Assembly: GCF_009914755.1 (NCBI RefSeq) | Contig: NC_060926.1 | Reading direction: 5' to 3' (one strand) | Length of the DNA: 64,000 bases | Source: the human T2T-CHM13v2.0 reference genome, Homo sapiens | Part shown: positions 13,751 through 25,199 of the stretch, piece after piece | Layout: the number at the start of each line of letters is the position of its first letter | How positions within the stretch are numbered: position 1 is the first letter of the stretch | The notes under the pieces: model-generated | Database searches by the model: none | What the model was told of the DNA's origin: nothing | Seen by the model: the letters and a program-made list of their open reading frames with translations, nothing else | Translations under genes and position numbers: made by a program

Positions 13751-14319
13751 ACCTCTTTTTACTCTCTTCTTCAAACTCTCTCACTATCCCTCAACCTCTT
13801 TCTTCTTTCAGTTTTGGTGCCACACTTCAATCTCTCCCTTCTCTTAATTTCAGTTCCTTTCCTTTCCTGGTAGAGACGAAGGAGACGCATTTTATCCGTA
13901 GACACAAAACTCCGGTGCTGGTCACAGACTCGGGAAGACAGTCTTCCCTTGGTGTTTAATCACGCGGGGATGCCTGCCTGATTATTCATCCACGTTTCAG
14001 AGGTGTCTGACCACGCAGGGACACCTGCCTTGGTCCTTCACCCTTAGTGGTAAGTACCACTTTTCTAGGGGGCAATAAGCCCCCAATCCCTTCTCTTCGT
14101 GTCTCTACCCCTTCTCTGCTTTTCTGGGGGGCAAGAACCCCCCAACCTCTTCTCCTTCACCCTTAGCAGCAAGTACCGCTTTTCTGGGGGGCAAGAATCC
14201 CCCCCAGCCCCTTGTCTCCATTTCTCTACCCCTTCTCCACTTTTCTGGAGGGCAAGAACCCCCCAACCCCTTCTCTCCGTGTCTCTACTCTCTCTTTTTA
14301 CTGGGCTTGCCTCCTTCAC

Positions 14320-15550
14320 TATGGGCAACCTTCCACCCTCCATTCCTCCCTCTTCCCCCTTAGCCTCTGTTGTCAAGAACTTAAAACCACTTCAACTCAC
14401 ACCTGACCTAAACCTAAATGCCTTATTTTCTTCTGCAATGCTGCTTGACCCCAGTACAAACTCAACAGCAGTTCCAAATAGCCAGAAAATGGCACTTTCG
14501 ATTTTTCCATCCTACAAGATCTAAATAATTCTTGTCGTAAAATAGGCAAACAGTCTGAGGTGCCTGATGTCCAGGCATTCTTTTACACATTGGTCCCTCC
14601 CTAGCCTCTGTTCCCAATGCGACTCGTCCCAAATCCTCCTTCTTTCCCTCTTGCCTGTCCCCTCAGTCCCAACCCCAAGTGTCGCTGAGTTTTTCTAATC
14701 TTCCTTTTCTGCAGACCCATCTGACCTCTCCCCTCCTCCCCAGGCTGCTCCTTGCCAGGCTGAGCTAGGTCCCAATTCTTCCTCAGCCTCCCCACCTCCA
14801 CCCTATAATCTTTTAATCACTTCCCCTCCTCACACCGGGTCCGGCTTACAGTTTCGTTCTGTGACTAGCCCTCCCCCACCTACCCAGGAATTTCCTCTTA
14901 AAAAGATGGCTGTAGCTAAAGGCATAGGCAAAGTTAATGCTCCTTTTTCTTTATCTGACCTCTCCCAAATCAGTTAGCGTTTAGGCTCTTTTTCTTCAAA
15001 TATGAAAAACCCAGCCCAGTTCATGGCTCATTTGGCAGCCACCCTGAGATGCTTTACAGCCCTAGACCCTAAAAGGTCAAAAGGCCGTCTTATTCTCAAT
15101 GTACATTTTATTACCCAATCCGCTCCCGACTTTAAATAAAGCTCCAAAAATTAAATTCTGACCCTCAAACCTCACAACAGGACTTAATTAACATCGCCTT
15201 CAAGGTGTACAGTAACAGAAAAAAGTTGCAATTCCTTGTCTCCACTGTGAGACAAACCCCAGCCACATCTCCAGCACACAAGAACTTCCAAATGCCTGAA
15301 CCATAGCGGCCAGGCATTCCTCCAGAACCTCCTCCCCCAGGAGCTTGCTACAAGTGCTGGAAATCTGGCCACTGGGCCAAGGAATGCCCGCAGCCTGGGA
15401 TTCCTCCTAAGCTGCGTCCCGTCTGTGCGGAACCCCAATGAAAATCGGACTCTTCAACTCACCTGGCAGCCACTCCCAGAGCCCCTGGAACTCTGGCCCA
15501 AGGCTCTCTGACTCCTTCCCAGATCTTCTTGGCTTAGCGGCTGAAGACTG
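14320..15550 (+). pseudogene. gag: HERV-H gag remnant
   Basis: MGNLPPSIPPSSPLA start; nucleocapsid zinc knuckle CYKCWKSGHWAKEC at about 15346-15387; ends LGLAAED-stop. Multiple stops and frameshifts. Confidence 0.8.
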
Positions 15551-17290
15551 ACGCTGCCAGTTCGCCTCAGAAGCCCCCTAAACCATCACGGACGCCAAGC
15601 TTCGGGTATCTCTCACAGCAGAAGGTAAGTCCGTCCCCTTAATCAATACGGAGGCTACCCACTCCACATTACCTTCTTTTCAAGGGTCTGTTTCCCTTGC
15701 CTCCATAACTATTGTGGGTATGGATGGCCAGGCTTCTAAACCTCTTAAAACTCCCCAATTCTGGTGCCAACTTAGACAAAACTCTTTTAAGCACTCCTTT
15801 TTAGTTATCTCCACCTGCCCAGTTCCCTTGTTAGGCCAAGACACTTTAACTAAATTGTTTGCTTCCCTGACTATTCCTGGGCTACAGCCACACCTCATTG
15901 CTGCCTTTTCCCCCAGTTCAAAGCCTCCTTCATATTCTCCCCCTTGTATCTCCCCACCTTAACCCACAAGTATAAGACACCTCTACTCCCTCGTTAGTGA
16001 CCGATCATGCACCCCTTACCATCCCACTGAAACCTAATCACTCTTACCCCCCGCTCAATGCCAATATCCCATCCCACAGCATACTTTAAAAGGATTAAAA
16101 TCTGTTATCACTCGCCTGCTATAGCATGGCCGTTTAAAACCTATAAACTCCCCTTACAATTCCCCCATCTCAGATGTCCTAAAACCAGACAAGGCTTACA
16201 GGTTAGTTCAGGCTCTGCGCCTTATCATCCAAATTGTTTTGCCTATCCACCCCATGGTGCCAAACCCATATACTCTCCTAGCCTCAATACCTCCCTCCAC
16301 AACCCAGTATTCTATTCTGGATCTCAAACATGCTTTCTTTACTATTCCTTTGCACTCTTCATCTGAGCCTCTCTTTGCTTTCACTTGGACTGACCCTGAC
16401 ACCCATCAGGCTCAGCAAATTACCTGGGCTGTACTGCCGCAAGTCTTTACAGACAGCTCCCATTACTTCAGTCAAGCCCAAATTTCATCCTCATCTGTTA
16501 CCTATCTCGGCATAATTCTCATAAAAACACACGTGCTCTCCCTGCTGATTGTGTCCCGCTAATCTCCCAAACCTCAATCCCTTCTACAAAACAGCAACTC
16601 CTTTCCTTCCTAGGCATGGTTAATGCAGTCAGAATTCTTACACAAGAGCCAGGACCACGCCCTGTAGCCTTTCTGTCCAAACAACTTGACCTTACTATTT
16701 TAGCCTAGCCCTCATGTCTGCATGCAGCGGCTGCCACTGCTTTAATACTTTTAGAAGCCCCAAAAATCACAAACTATGCTCAACTTACTCTCTACAGTTC
16801 TCCTAACTTCCAAAATCTATTTTCTTCCTCACACCTGACACTTATACTTTCTGCTCCTGGCTCCTTCAGCTGTACTCACTCTTTGTTGAGTCTCCCACGA
16901 TTACCATTGTTCCTGGTCCAGACTTCAATCTGGCCTCCCACAGTATTCTGGATACCACACCTGACCCCCATGACTGTATCTCTCTGATCCACCTGACATT
17001 TACCCCATTTCCCCTTCTTTCCTGTTCCTCACCCTGAACACACTTGGTTTATTGATAGTAGTTCCACCAGGCCTAATCACCACACACCAGCAAAGGCAGG
17101 CTATGCTATAGTACAAGCCACCAGCCCGTCTCTTAGAACTTCTCATTTCCTTTCCATCCTAGAAATCTATCCTCAAGGAAATAACTTCTCAGTGTTCCAT
17201 GTGCTATTCTACTACTCCTCAGGGATTATTCAGGCCCCCTCCCTTCCCTGCAAAGCTGGTGGATTTGCCCTCACCCAGGACTGGCAACTC
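15551..17290 (+). pseudogene. pol: HERV-H pro-pol remnant (protease, partial RT, RNase H; integrase core missing)
   Basis: Decayed protease site LINTEATHS. RT motifs YSILDLKHAFFTIPL and WAVLPQVFTDS (ORF 16239-16562), no YxDD motif. RNase H motif TWFIDSSS. Confidence 0.85.
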
Positions 17291-17329
17291 TTAACTCCCT
17301 CTTAGAGTGGATAGATGATCTTTGCTGGC

Positions 17330-18780
17330 AGGGGACCCTCCAATACTTTCACCCTGATGAAGTTCTATTCTTTACATTTATAGTCACTCTTATTCTCATT
17401 CCCATTCTTATGCCACCCTCTACCTCTCCCCCGCCATCTCCACCACACCATCAACCTTACTCATTCTCTCCTAGCCATTTCTAATCCTTCCTTAGTGAAC
17501 AACCACTAGCTTTGCATTTCCCTTTCTTCCAGAGCTTACACAGCTGTCCCCGCCTTACATGCAGACTAGACAACATCTCCTGTCTCCCTACACCTCTGAA
17601 CTTCCTTTAATAGCCCTCACCTTTACCCTCCTGAAGAACTCATTTACTTTCTAGACAGGTCCAGCAAGACCTCCCCAGACATTTCACATCAGCAAGCAGC
17701 CGCCCTCCTCCGCACTTAATTAAAAAACCTTTCTCCTTATATCCACTCTACTCCCCCCATATTTAGACCTCTCACAACACAAACTATTATTCCTGTGGCT
17801 GCTCCTTTATGTATCTTTCATCAAAGACCCACTGCAATCCCCCTAGGTAACCTTTCACCTTCTCGATGTTCCTTTACTCTTCATCTCCATAGCTCTCTTC
17901 TTGTTTACTTGTACCCAGCCCTGAAAATAACAGTGAAAGGTTGCACCTATGTTTTCTCATACACCATGAAAATCGATCCTTCCCTTCTACGCAGTAACCT
18001 CATCGGTCCCCATTACACCCTCTGATGGCTGCCGCCCTAGCTGGATCCCTAGGAACTCTAGGTACAAGACACCCCTTTCAGCACTCCTTCTCATCTTTTT
18101 ACTTTGCATCTCCAGGTTTGCCTCGCACAAGGTCTCTTCTTCCTCTGTGGATCCTCTACCTACATGTGTCTACCTGCTAATTAGGCAGGTACATGCACAC
18201 TAGTTTTACTTACTCCCAAAATTCAATTTGCAAATAGGACTGAAGAGCTCCCTCTTCCCCTCATGACACCGATACGCCAAAAAAGAGTTATTCCACTAAT
18301 TCCCTTGCTTGTCAGTTTAAGACTTTCTGCCTCCACTATTGCTCTCGGTACTGGAATAGCAGGCATTTCAACCTCTGTCAGGACCTTCCATAGCCTCTCT
18401 AATGATTTCTCTGCTAGCATCACAGACATATCACAAACTTTATCAGTCCTCCAGGCCCAAGGTGACTCTTTAGCTGCAGTTGTCCTCCAAAACCGCCAAG
18501 GCCTTGACTTACTGCTGAAAATGGAGGACTCTGTATATTCTTAAATGAAGAGTGTTGTTTTTACCTAAATCAATCTGGCCTGGTGTATAACAACATAAAA
18601 AACTCAAGGATAGAGTCTAAAAACTTGCCAACCAAGCAAGTAATTACACTGACGCCCCTTGGACACTCTCTAATTAGATGTCTTAGATCCTCCCAATTCT
18701 TAGTCCTTTAATACCTGTTTTTCTCCTCTTATTCCATTTAGTTTATTGATTCATACAAAACCATATCCAGGCCATCACCA
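17330..18780 (+). pseudogene. env: HERV-H env remnant (SU part and TM ectodomain)
   Basis: Furin site RQKR (18275-18286), fusion peptide, immunosuppressive domain LQNRQGLDLL (18485-18514), then a frameshift and CX6CC (CIFLNEECC, 18532-18558). Confidence 0.9.
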
Positions 18781-19014
18781 ATAATTCTACACGACAAGTG
18801 TTCCTTCTAACAACCCCGCAATATCACCCCTTACCACAAAATCTTCCTTCAGCTTAATCTCTCCCACTCTAGGTTCCCACGCCACCCCTAATCCCACTAG
18901 AAGCAACCCTGAGAAACATCGCCCATTATCTCTCCATACCACCCCCAAAATTTTCACCGCCCCAACACTTCAACACTATTTTGTTTTATTTTTCTTATTA
19001 ATATAAGACCGGAA

Positions 19015-19428
19015 TGTCAGGCCTCTGAGCCCAAGCTAAGCCATCATATCCCCTGTGACCTGCTCCTACTCATCCAGATGGACTGTTCCTTCCCTTAACT
19101 TATGACATTCCACCACAAAAGAAGTGAAAATGGCCGGTCCTTGCCTTAAGTGATGACGTTATCTTGTGAAATTCCTTCTCCTGGCTCATCCTGGCTCAAA
19201 AGCTCCCCTACTGAGCACCTTGTCAGCCCCACTCCTGCCTGCCAGAGAACAACCCCCCTTTGACTGTAATTTTCCTTTACCTACCCAAATCTTATAAAAG
19301 CGCCCTACCCTTATCTCCCTTCACTGACTCTCTTTTTGGACTCAGCCTGCCTGCACCCAGGTGATTAAAAAGCTTTATTGCGCACACAAACCCTGTTTGG
19401 TGGTCTCTTCACAGGGACGCAAGTGAAA
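19015..19428 (+). mobile_element. 3' LTR of provirus 1 (LTR7)
   Basis: Direct repeat of 13187-13597, about 7% divergent by hand count. ATTAAA at 19364-19369. Confidence 0.95.
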
Positions 19429-19641
19429 GCAATAAAAGCAACAAATCTTTGCTTCAAATTGTGTTTTTCCTTAATGTTGTTTCTTTGCAACTTCATACCA
19501 CATCTTTTCTAAAATGGACATACATAATGTGTACTCAAAAAAAATTTCTACCTAGTATTATCGCATGTGGGGCTTTGCAAGCAAAATTTCATTAAACGTT
19601 TATTTTCAGTTCTAAGTTATTTATTATACTATCTTACAATT

Positions 19642-19802
19642 GTGTATATATATACACACATTTTATATATATATATGCATACATATATAGTATATATACA
19701 TGTGTGTTATATATAAAGATAATTCTGTGCTTATATATACATATACTATATACACATATTTGTAGGTTGGTAGATAGATTATTGATGTTTTATATATATA
19801 CT
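19642..19802. repeat. TA/CA-rich low-complexity tract
   Basis: Interrupted (TA)n runs seen directly. Confidence 0.75.
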
Positions 19803-20435
19803 ACCAATATTACTCAAGGAAAAATAAATGTATAAAAGCTTTTTATGTGAGACTAACTTTTAAAATTACTGATATATACAGTTCTGCAAGTTTGAGAATA
19901 AAATGCATGGCAGTTATCTTTGAAATCAACAGAAGTGAAACCCAGAAATACGTTTTTTGATTAAAAAAAATTTTTGTCTGAAAATATCAAGGAAATAGAG
20001 AATAAAATGAATAGCAGGGAGAACAATAAATTTACTTGGCACAGCCAAATGTTGGCAGATACAAGGAACTGTAAGGCAAGACCAACAAAAATGTGATGGC
20101 AAGAAAAGAAAGATGTTAACTTGAAAATAAAGGAAAGAAAAATCAACTTCTGCTGGTGTCTTTGTAGCATGAACAACCCATAAAAGAATCTCACATGGTG
20201 CTTTCTTATTACCTGCACTGTCTTCAGCGTGGCACATCAGTTGCTGAGCTGCAGACTGTGCTCATCCAGGCAAAGTGGGAAGGACATGATTGAATGATTA
20301 GCCAATAAATGAGATTCATGCAAATGGCCTCTTGGAAATATCTCGAGGCAAAATAAATAATTATTTATTTTATATGCTGTGTGAATTTGTCTATCTAAAT
20401 AATGCTTGGAGGGCTCCATTTCACTTATTTTATCT

Positions 20436-20478
20436 ACACACACACCACACACACATACACACACACACACACAAACAC
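20436..20478 (+). repeat. Imperfect (CA)n microsatellite
   Basis: Seen directly. Confidence 0.85.
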
Positions 20479-20879
20479 AGCACGAGACTAAGCCAAAACA
20501 AAGTAGACAATTATGTTTCTGATGGCCTTCTTTCTGGTGCCCATATTCACTTTTAATGTCCCCTTGCTGGTTACTTTTCATGGGGTTCTTTTAGCTTCCT
20601 GTCGATTACAATTATCGGCCTCTTCCCACCTCTAACTGTTGCTTGTTACAATTATTTGTGTTTTAAGGTAATTCATATTAAAATTAGAATTTTTGTGAGG
20701 ATCAAAAGCCAAGGTAAAAAAATGAAAAGAGATCATGCTAGGGGAGCAGGATTTCAGGCAGGCTCATTGATCTCTATTTTTTACACAGAATTCCCATCCA
20801 GGCTTGTAGACTTTGCCTACTCTGTTGACTTTCCAGGACAGTTATGCACCAGGATGCTTTAGAAAGGAAAGTACAGATG

Positions 20880-21100
20880 TTGACAACAGACAGGCCTGAG
20901 CTTGAATTCTGACATTTTATTCTATCTAGTAGCTGTGTTTCTGAGCCTCTGTTTTCTGTAAAATAGTAATAAATATATACCTCCATGATATATAGCTTTG
21001 AGAAGAATTTTTAAATGAGATTATACATTCCAAACACATATTAAGTACCTGATTTAGTACTTAAGTGGCAAGTATTAACATGGTTGCTATTATTATTATT
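20880..21100 (+). mobile_element. MIR SINE remnant
   Basis: 'tctgagcctctgttttctgtaaaat...ttaaatgagattata...gctattattattatt'. Boundaries approximate. Confidence 0.55.
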
Positions 21101-21832
21101 AGCTATTGGGAGCCAGATTAGCATTAGGAATAATATTCTCATTTATATGGGTTGTTTGGGAATTAAATTAATAAATCATATTTATAAAAATTCCTGTCAC
21201 AGCACATGACAGATGCACCCACTCAAATGCAGCTTTCATTTACAAGAAGTAGAGAATGAGATTGTTTTCATTTTATTCAGCTGAACAATTTCTAAACCAG
21301 TTTCTGATATCTGAAGTGCAAACCAAAATAGGTCTTTTACTACAGGAATGTATTTTACTAGGATATGCTTTTGGATTTCTCCCCGGTTTCTTTCTTACAT
21401 TTTCCGAACTCTTGCAGTTCTATTTGTTGAAAGTTCAGGGATGGTAATGACCTCCTATCAGCTTCTGGTAACTAGGATCAAGGATGCTGCTTAAGTCTAA
21501 AGCAAAATGGAGAGTGAGCTTTTATTCCTCAGTCCTTTAAGAAAAACATAAATTTGAGATCTCTTTGTATTTGTCTTAAAACCTTGATTGATAAGGAAAT
21601 AGTTGTTATTTACAGTTAAATGAAAAATGTATTAATTTATTATAGGATTTCAGCTAGGATCAAAGGATAAAGGATAAAATTAAAATATTAATAATGGCCA
21701 TTTTTAGTTGTAGAAAATATATATTTAATTAGAGCCATGCATACATAAACCAAAATGGACCCTTATGCTCTTATAATAAGGTAAACATTCTGACATCACA
21801 TTTTCAGCAAATGCTCCCTCTTTTCTGCAACT

Positions 21833-22191
21833 CAGTCATGCACATCATAAAGTCATTTTGGTCAATGATGGACCACATATTAAATGAAGCCCCATAAGAT
21901 TATAATTGAGCTGAAAATTTTCTATTACCTAGTAGCTGTGGTAATATGGCAGTGCAAAACATTACCTTTTCTATATTTAGATATGTTTAGATACACAGAT
22001 ACCATTATGTTATATTCGCCTACAACATTCAGTATAGGAACATGCTGTACAAGTTTGTAACCTAGGATCCATAGGTCATACAAGACAGCCTACGTGTGTA
22101 GTAGGCTATAACACCTATGTTTGTGTAAGTACGTTCTGTGGTGTTAGCACAATAATGCATTTTTCAGAATGTATCCTGTCGTTAAGTGATA
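21833..22191 (-). mobile_element. Tigger3a-type non-autonomous DNA transposon
   Basis: 'cagtcatgcac...ggtcaatgatggaccacata...cccataagattataat...catgctgtacaagtttgtaacctagg...gtgtgtagtaggctata...gtcgttaagtga' matches the recalled Tigger3a sequence. Confidence 0.8.
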
Positions 22192-24237
22192 GTTTTAAGT
22201 GATTTCTGAACCAAAGGGACTCCTAGACACCCTTCTAGAAGATAAACAATCCTGAAGTCTCACTAGAAAAAAACCTGCTAAATTTTAGTATTTAAAGTTA
22301 ATGTTTGTGGCACAAATATTCTTATTTCTGAATATTTTATTAAGGTATTTTTAACTTCTTTTTTCTGATACTTGCTCATAATGATAGTTAAACCATATCC
22401 ATATACAATAGTTGAAAAGTAGTCCTAATCTAGCATATATGTATTTCTAATTTTCCCAAAATATTAACACCAATATCCACATGGTTTCTCTTTATACAAT
22501 ATATTCTCTGTCCCAGTATCTTCAAAGTGCTTCCTAAATTATTAGCTTCCAAAAGAGGCCATGAAAACATTTGCCTTTCCCATCTTATTATTTTCATTTC
22601 AGAAGATTATCAAACTACAATCATTAATGTTATCAAACTTCAATTATTAATGTCAAAAGAAAAAATTGATTATTCAGATATTCACATCAACTTTACTAAA
22701 ATGGAGATGACAATGGTTTGTTTTAAATAGTTGAATTGGCCTCTAGTATGTTTCTTTTCTTCTTCTTTTCACCTCATTGATTTGTATGTATGACCATGAT
22801 AACATTACCAGTGACTAAACAAATCAGATTGATCTTATTATATCTTTATTTCAGAAAGGTCACTGAATTGTCATTGTACAATAAAGCATTCGGGAAACAT
22901 GACCTTGGGAATGCCCTATTTTTTCTTTCTTTCTGTGGAGATAGACAATTTGGTTCATATTGTAAAAGGGCAAATTTGCATACTCTCATCATTTTGGTTT
23001 TGGGTTAAGATATTAAGACCTTCCCTCCTCCCTAAAGAAAAAGCAGGCATCTTTCCTCTTCAATTCCTCTAGCTTAATAAAAGCAAAAATTGTAACTGTG
23101 CTGAATCATTGAAAGGGCCCTTAACACTGAGTGTATTCTAGACACATCTTCAGGTCTGCTGGCAACTTTGTTCCTTAACCCAAAGCCTGAATACTAATAA
23201 TGTGAAAAGTCTAATGTTATTCAGGCCACATAACTGCTTTCCTCCTGAAATACCACCTTGTAAAGATAGAGAAAATGGTAAGTTATAAGTAAAAGATGAA
23301 TATTAAAATAATGCCATTGTCTCATCCAGAAGGTGGGTCAGGTTTTCTGAATTAAAGTAAGTTGATTGCCAGGGAATGACATATTACATATCAAGGTTGG
23401 TTATACATGTAGATAAAAATAGGTGGATGCCACTTGAAAGATGCTGTGGTATTAGCTATCTACACCAAACTTCCACAGACAGTGTGCTGAAGTCCCTGAA
23501 ATTTCTTCTTTTGAATTGTTCATTTGGGTTATCGTCTCCAGAGAGCTTTTGTTAAAAATTATTGTAAGCTTGCAAAAGAGGGTTGATGTATTATAACAAA
23601 TTATTTATTTATGAGATTGGTGAGTTTTGCTCTGGAAAGAAGGCATAAGGATGTGAATGATATGAAACTGAATTCCAAGGAAATTGTTTAGTGACTGTGA
23701 ACAAGAAACTCTTCCACTAAATTGTAACTCTTTGAACAGAAGGTCCTATTCTTATTTATTTTTTATATCCTCCACTTTGCTCAGTAGAGTGCAATATATC
23801 CATTTCAATATAGGATTTAAGAAGAGATTTCAATTGAAAGAAGCATTAACAGGGATTGAAATGTTTCCGAGGAACTGCTTAAGAAAATCTTGGAAGTGGA
23901 GATGCAAACATGTAGGCAAGAATGAGACCATCAACCATATATTTAATTGTAATTACTTCAGTCTTTTTTCAGGAGGACACCCTGACATCAATCTTCAAGC
24001 CCTCAAATAATCAGCCTTCAGTTGGGAAAGAATCCAATTCAGGGTGAAAATAGATGAGTTTTTTGCTCTGCTTAGAACCATATTGCAATAGCAGAAATGT
24101 GCTTAATATATTTACAAATTCTCAGGGACATCCACCTTTGCCAGTAAGTGCGTCATTAGGCCAGTGTCAAAAGGATTGACGGGCTAGACAGAGGTAAGAA
24201 CAATAACTTTTCAGTATCTGATAAAGCAGCATTAATG

Positions 24238-24374
24238 GGGTAGCAGCAAGAGCATGAGCTCTGAAATCCCAAGATCTGGGTTTAATACCTTGGCTTCATG
24301 GGACTTTGGAGGTGTGGTTTAACCTTTGTGGGGGTCAGTTACCTTTTCAAAAATGGAAACAACGACATGCATAC
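24238..24374 (+). mobile_element. MIR remnant (target of the provirus 2 insertion)
   Basis: 'aagagcatgagctctgaaatc...ctgggttt...tttaacct...aaaatgg' is MIR-like but degenerate. Confidence 0.45.
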
Positions 24375-24785
24375 TTTCACTCGCGTCTGTGTGAAGAGAC
24401 CACCAAACAGGTTTTGTGTGAGCAATAAAGCTTTATTTCACCTGGGTGCAGGCGGGCTGAGTCCGAAAAGAGTCAGTGAAGGGCGATAGGAGTGGGGCTG
24501 TTTTATAAGATTTGGGTAGGTAAAGGAAAATTACAGTTAAAGGGGGGTTGTTCTCTGGTGGGCAGGAGTGGGGGGTCACAAGGTGCTCAGTAGGGGAGCT
24601 TCTGAGCCAGGATGAGCCAGGAGAAGGAATTTCACGAGATAATGTCATCAGTTAAGGCAGGAACAGGCCATTTTCATTTCTTTTGTGGTGGAATGTCATC
24701 AGTTAAGGCAGGTACCGGCCATCTGGATGTGTATGTGCAGGTCACAGGGGATATGATGGCTTAGCTTGGGCTCAGAGGCCTGACA
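24375..24785 (-). mobile_element. 3' LTR of provirus 2 (LTR7, ~410 bp)
   Basis: Reverse-complement LTR7 (tttcac...cagaggcctgaca). AATAAA on the minus strand at 24432-24437. Confidence 0.95.
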
Positions 24786-25199
24786 TTCCTGTCTTCTTAT
24801 ATTAATAAGAAAAATAAAACGAAGTGGTGGTAAAGTGTCGGGACGGCGAAAATTTTTGGGGATGGCATGGAGAGATAATGGGCAATATTTCTCAGGGCTG
24901 CTTCAAGCGGGATTAGGGGCGGCGTGGGAACCTAGAGTGGGAGAGATTAAGCTGAAGGAAGATTTTGTGGTAAGGGGTGATATTGTGGGACTGCTAGAAG
25001 AAACATTTGTCATGTAGAATTATTGGTGATGGCCTGGATACAGTTTTGTATGAATTGAAAAACTAAATGGAATAAGAGAAGGAGAAAAACAGGTGTTAAA
25101 GGTCTAAGAATTGGGAGGACTTAGGACATTTAATTAGAGAGTGCTTAAGGAGATTCATCATAGTCCTGCCAGCAAAGATTATTTATTTACTTCAAGAGT

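Larger units (their letters stand above)
13187..19428 (+). mobile_element. HERV-H provirus 1 (6242 bp; env retained, integrase core deleted, defective)
   Basis: Two LTR7 copies, tRNA-His primer-binding site, gag/pro/pol/env remnants. 5-bp TSD gcaat at 13182-13186 and 19429-19433. Confidence 0.97.

Noticed and set aside
21041-21064. 8-bp inverted repeat ttaagtac...gtacttaa
   Set aside because: Short and AT-rich, expected by chance in 64 kb.
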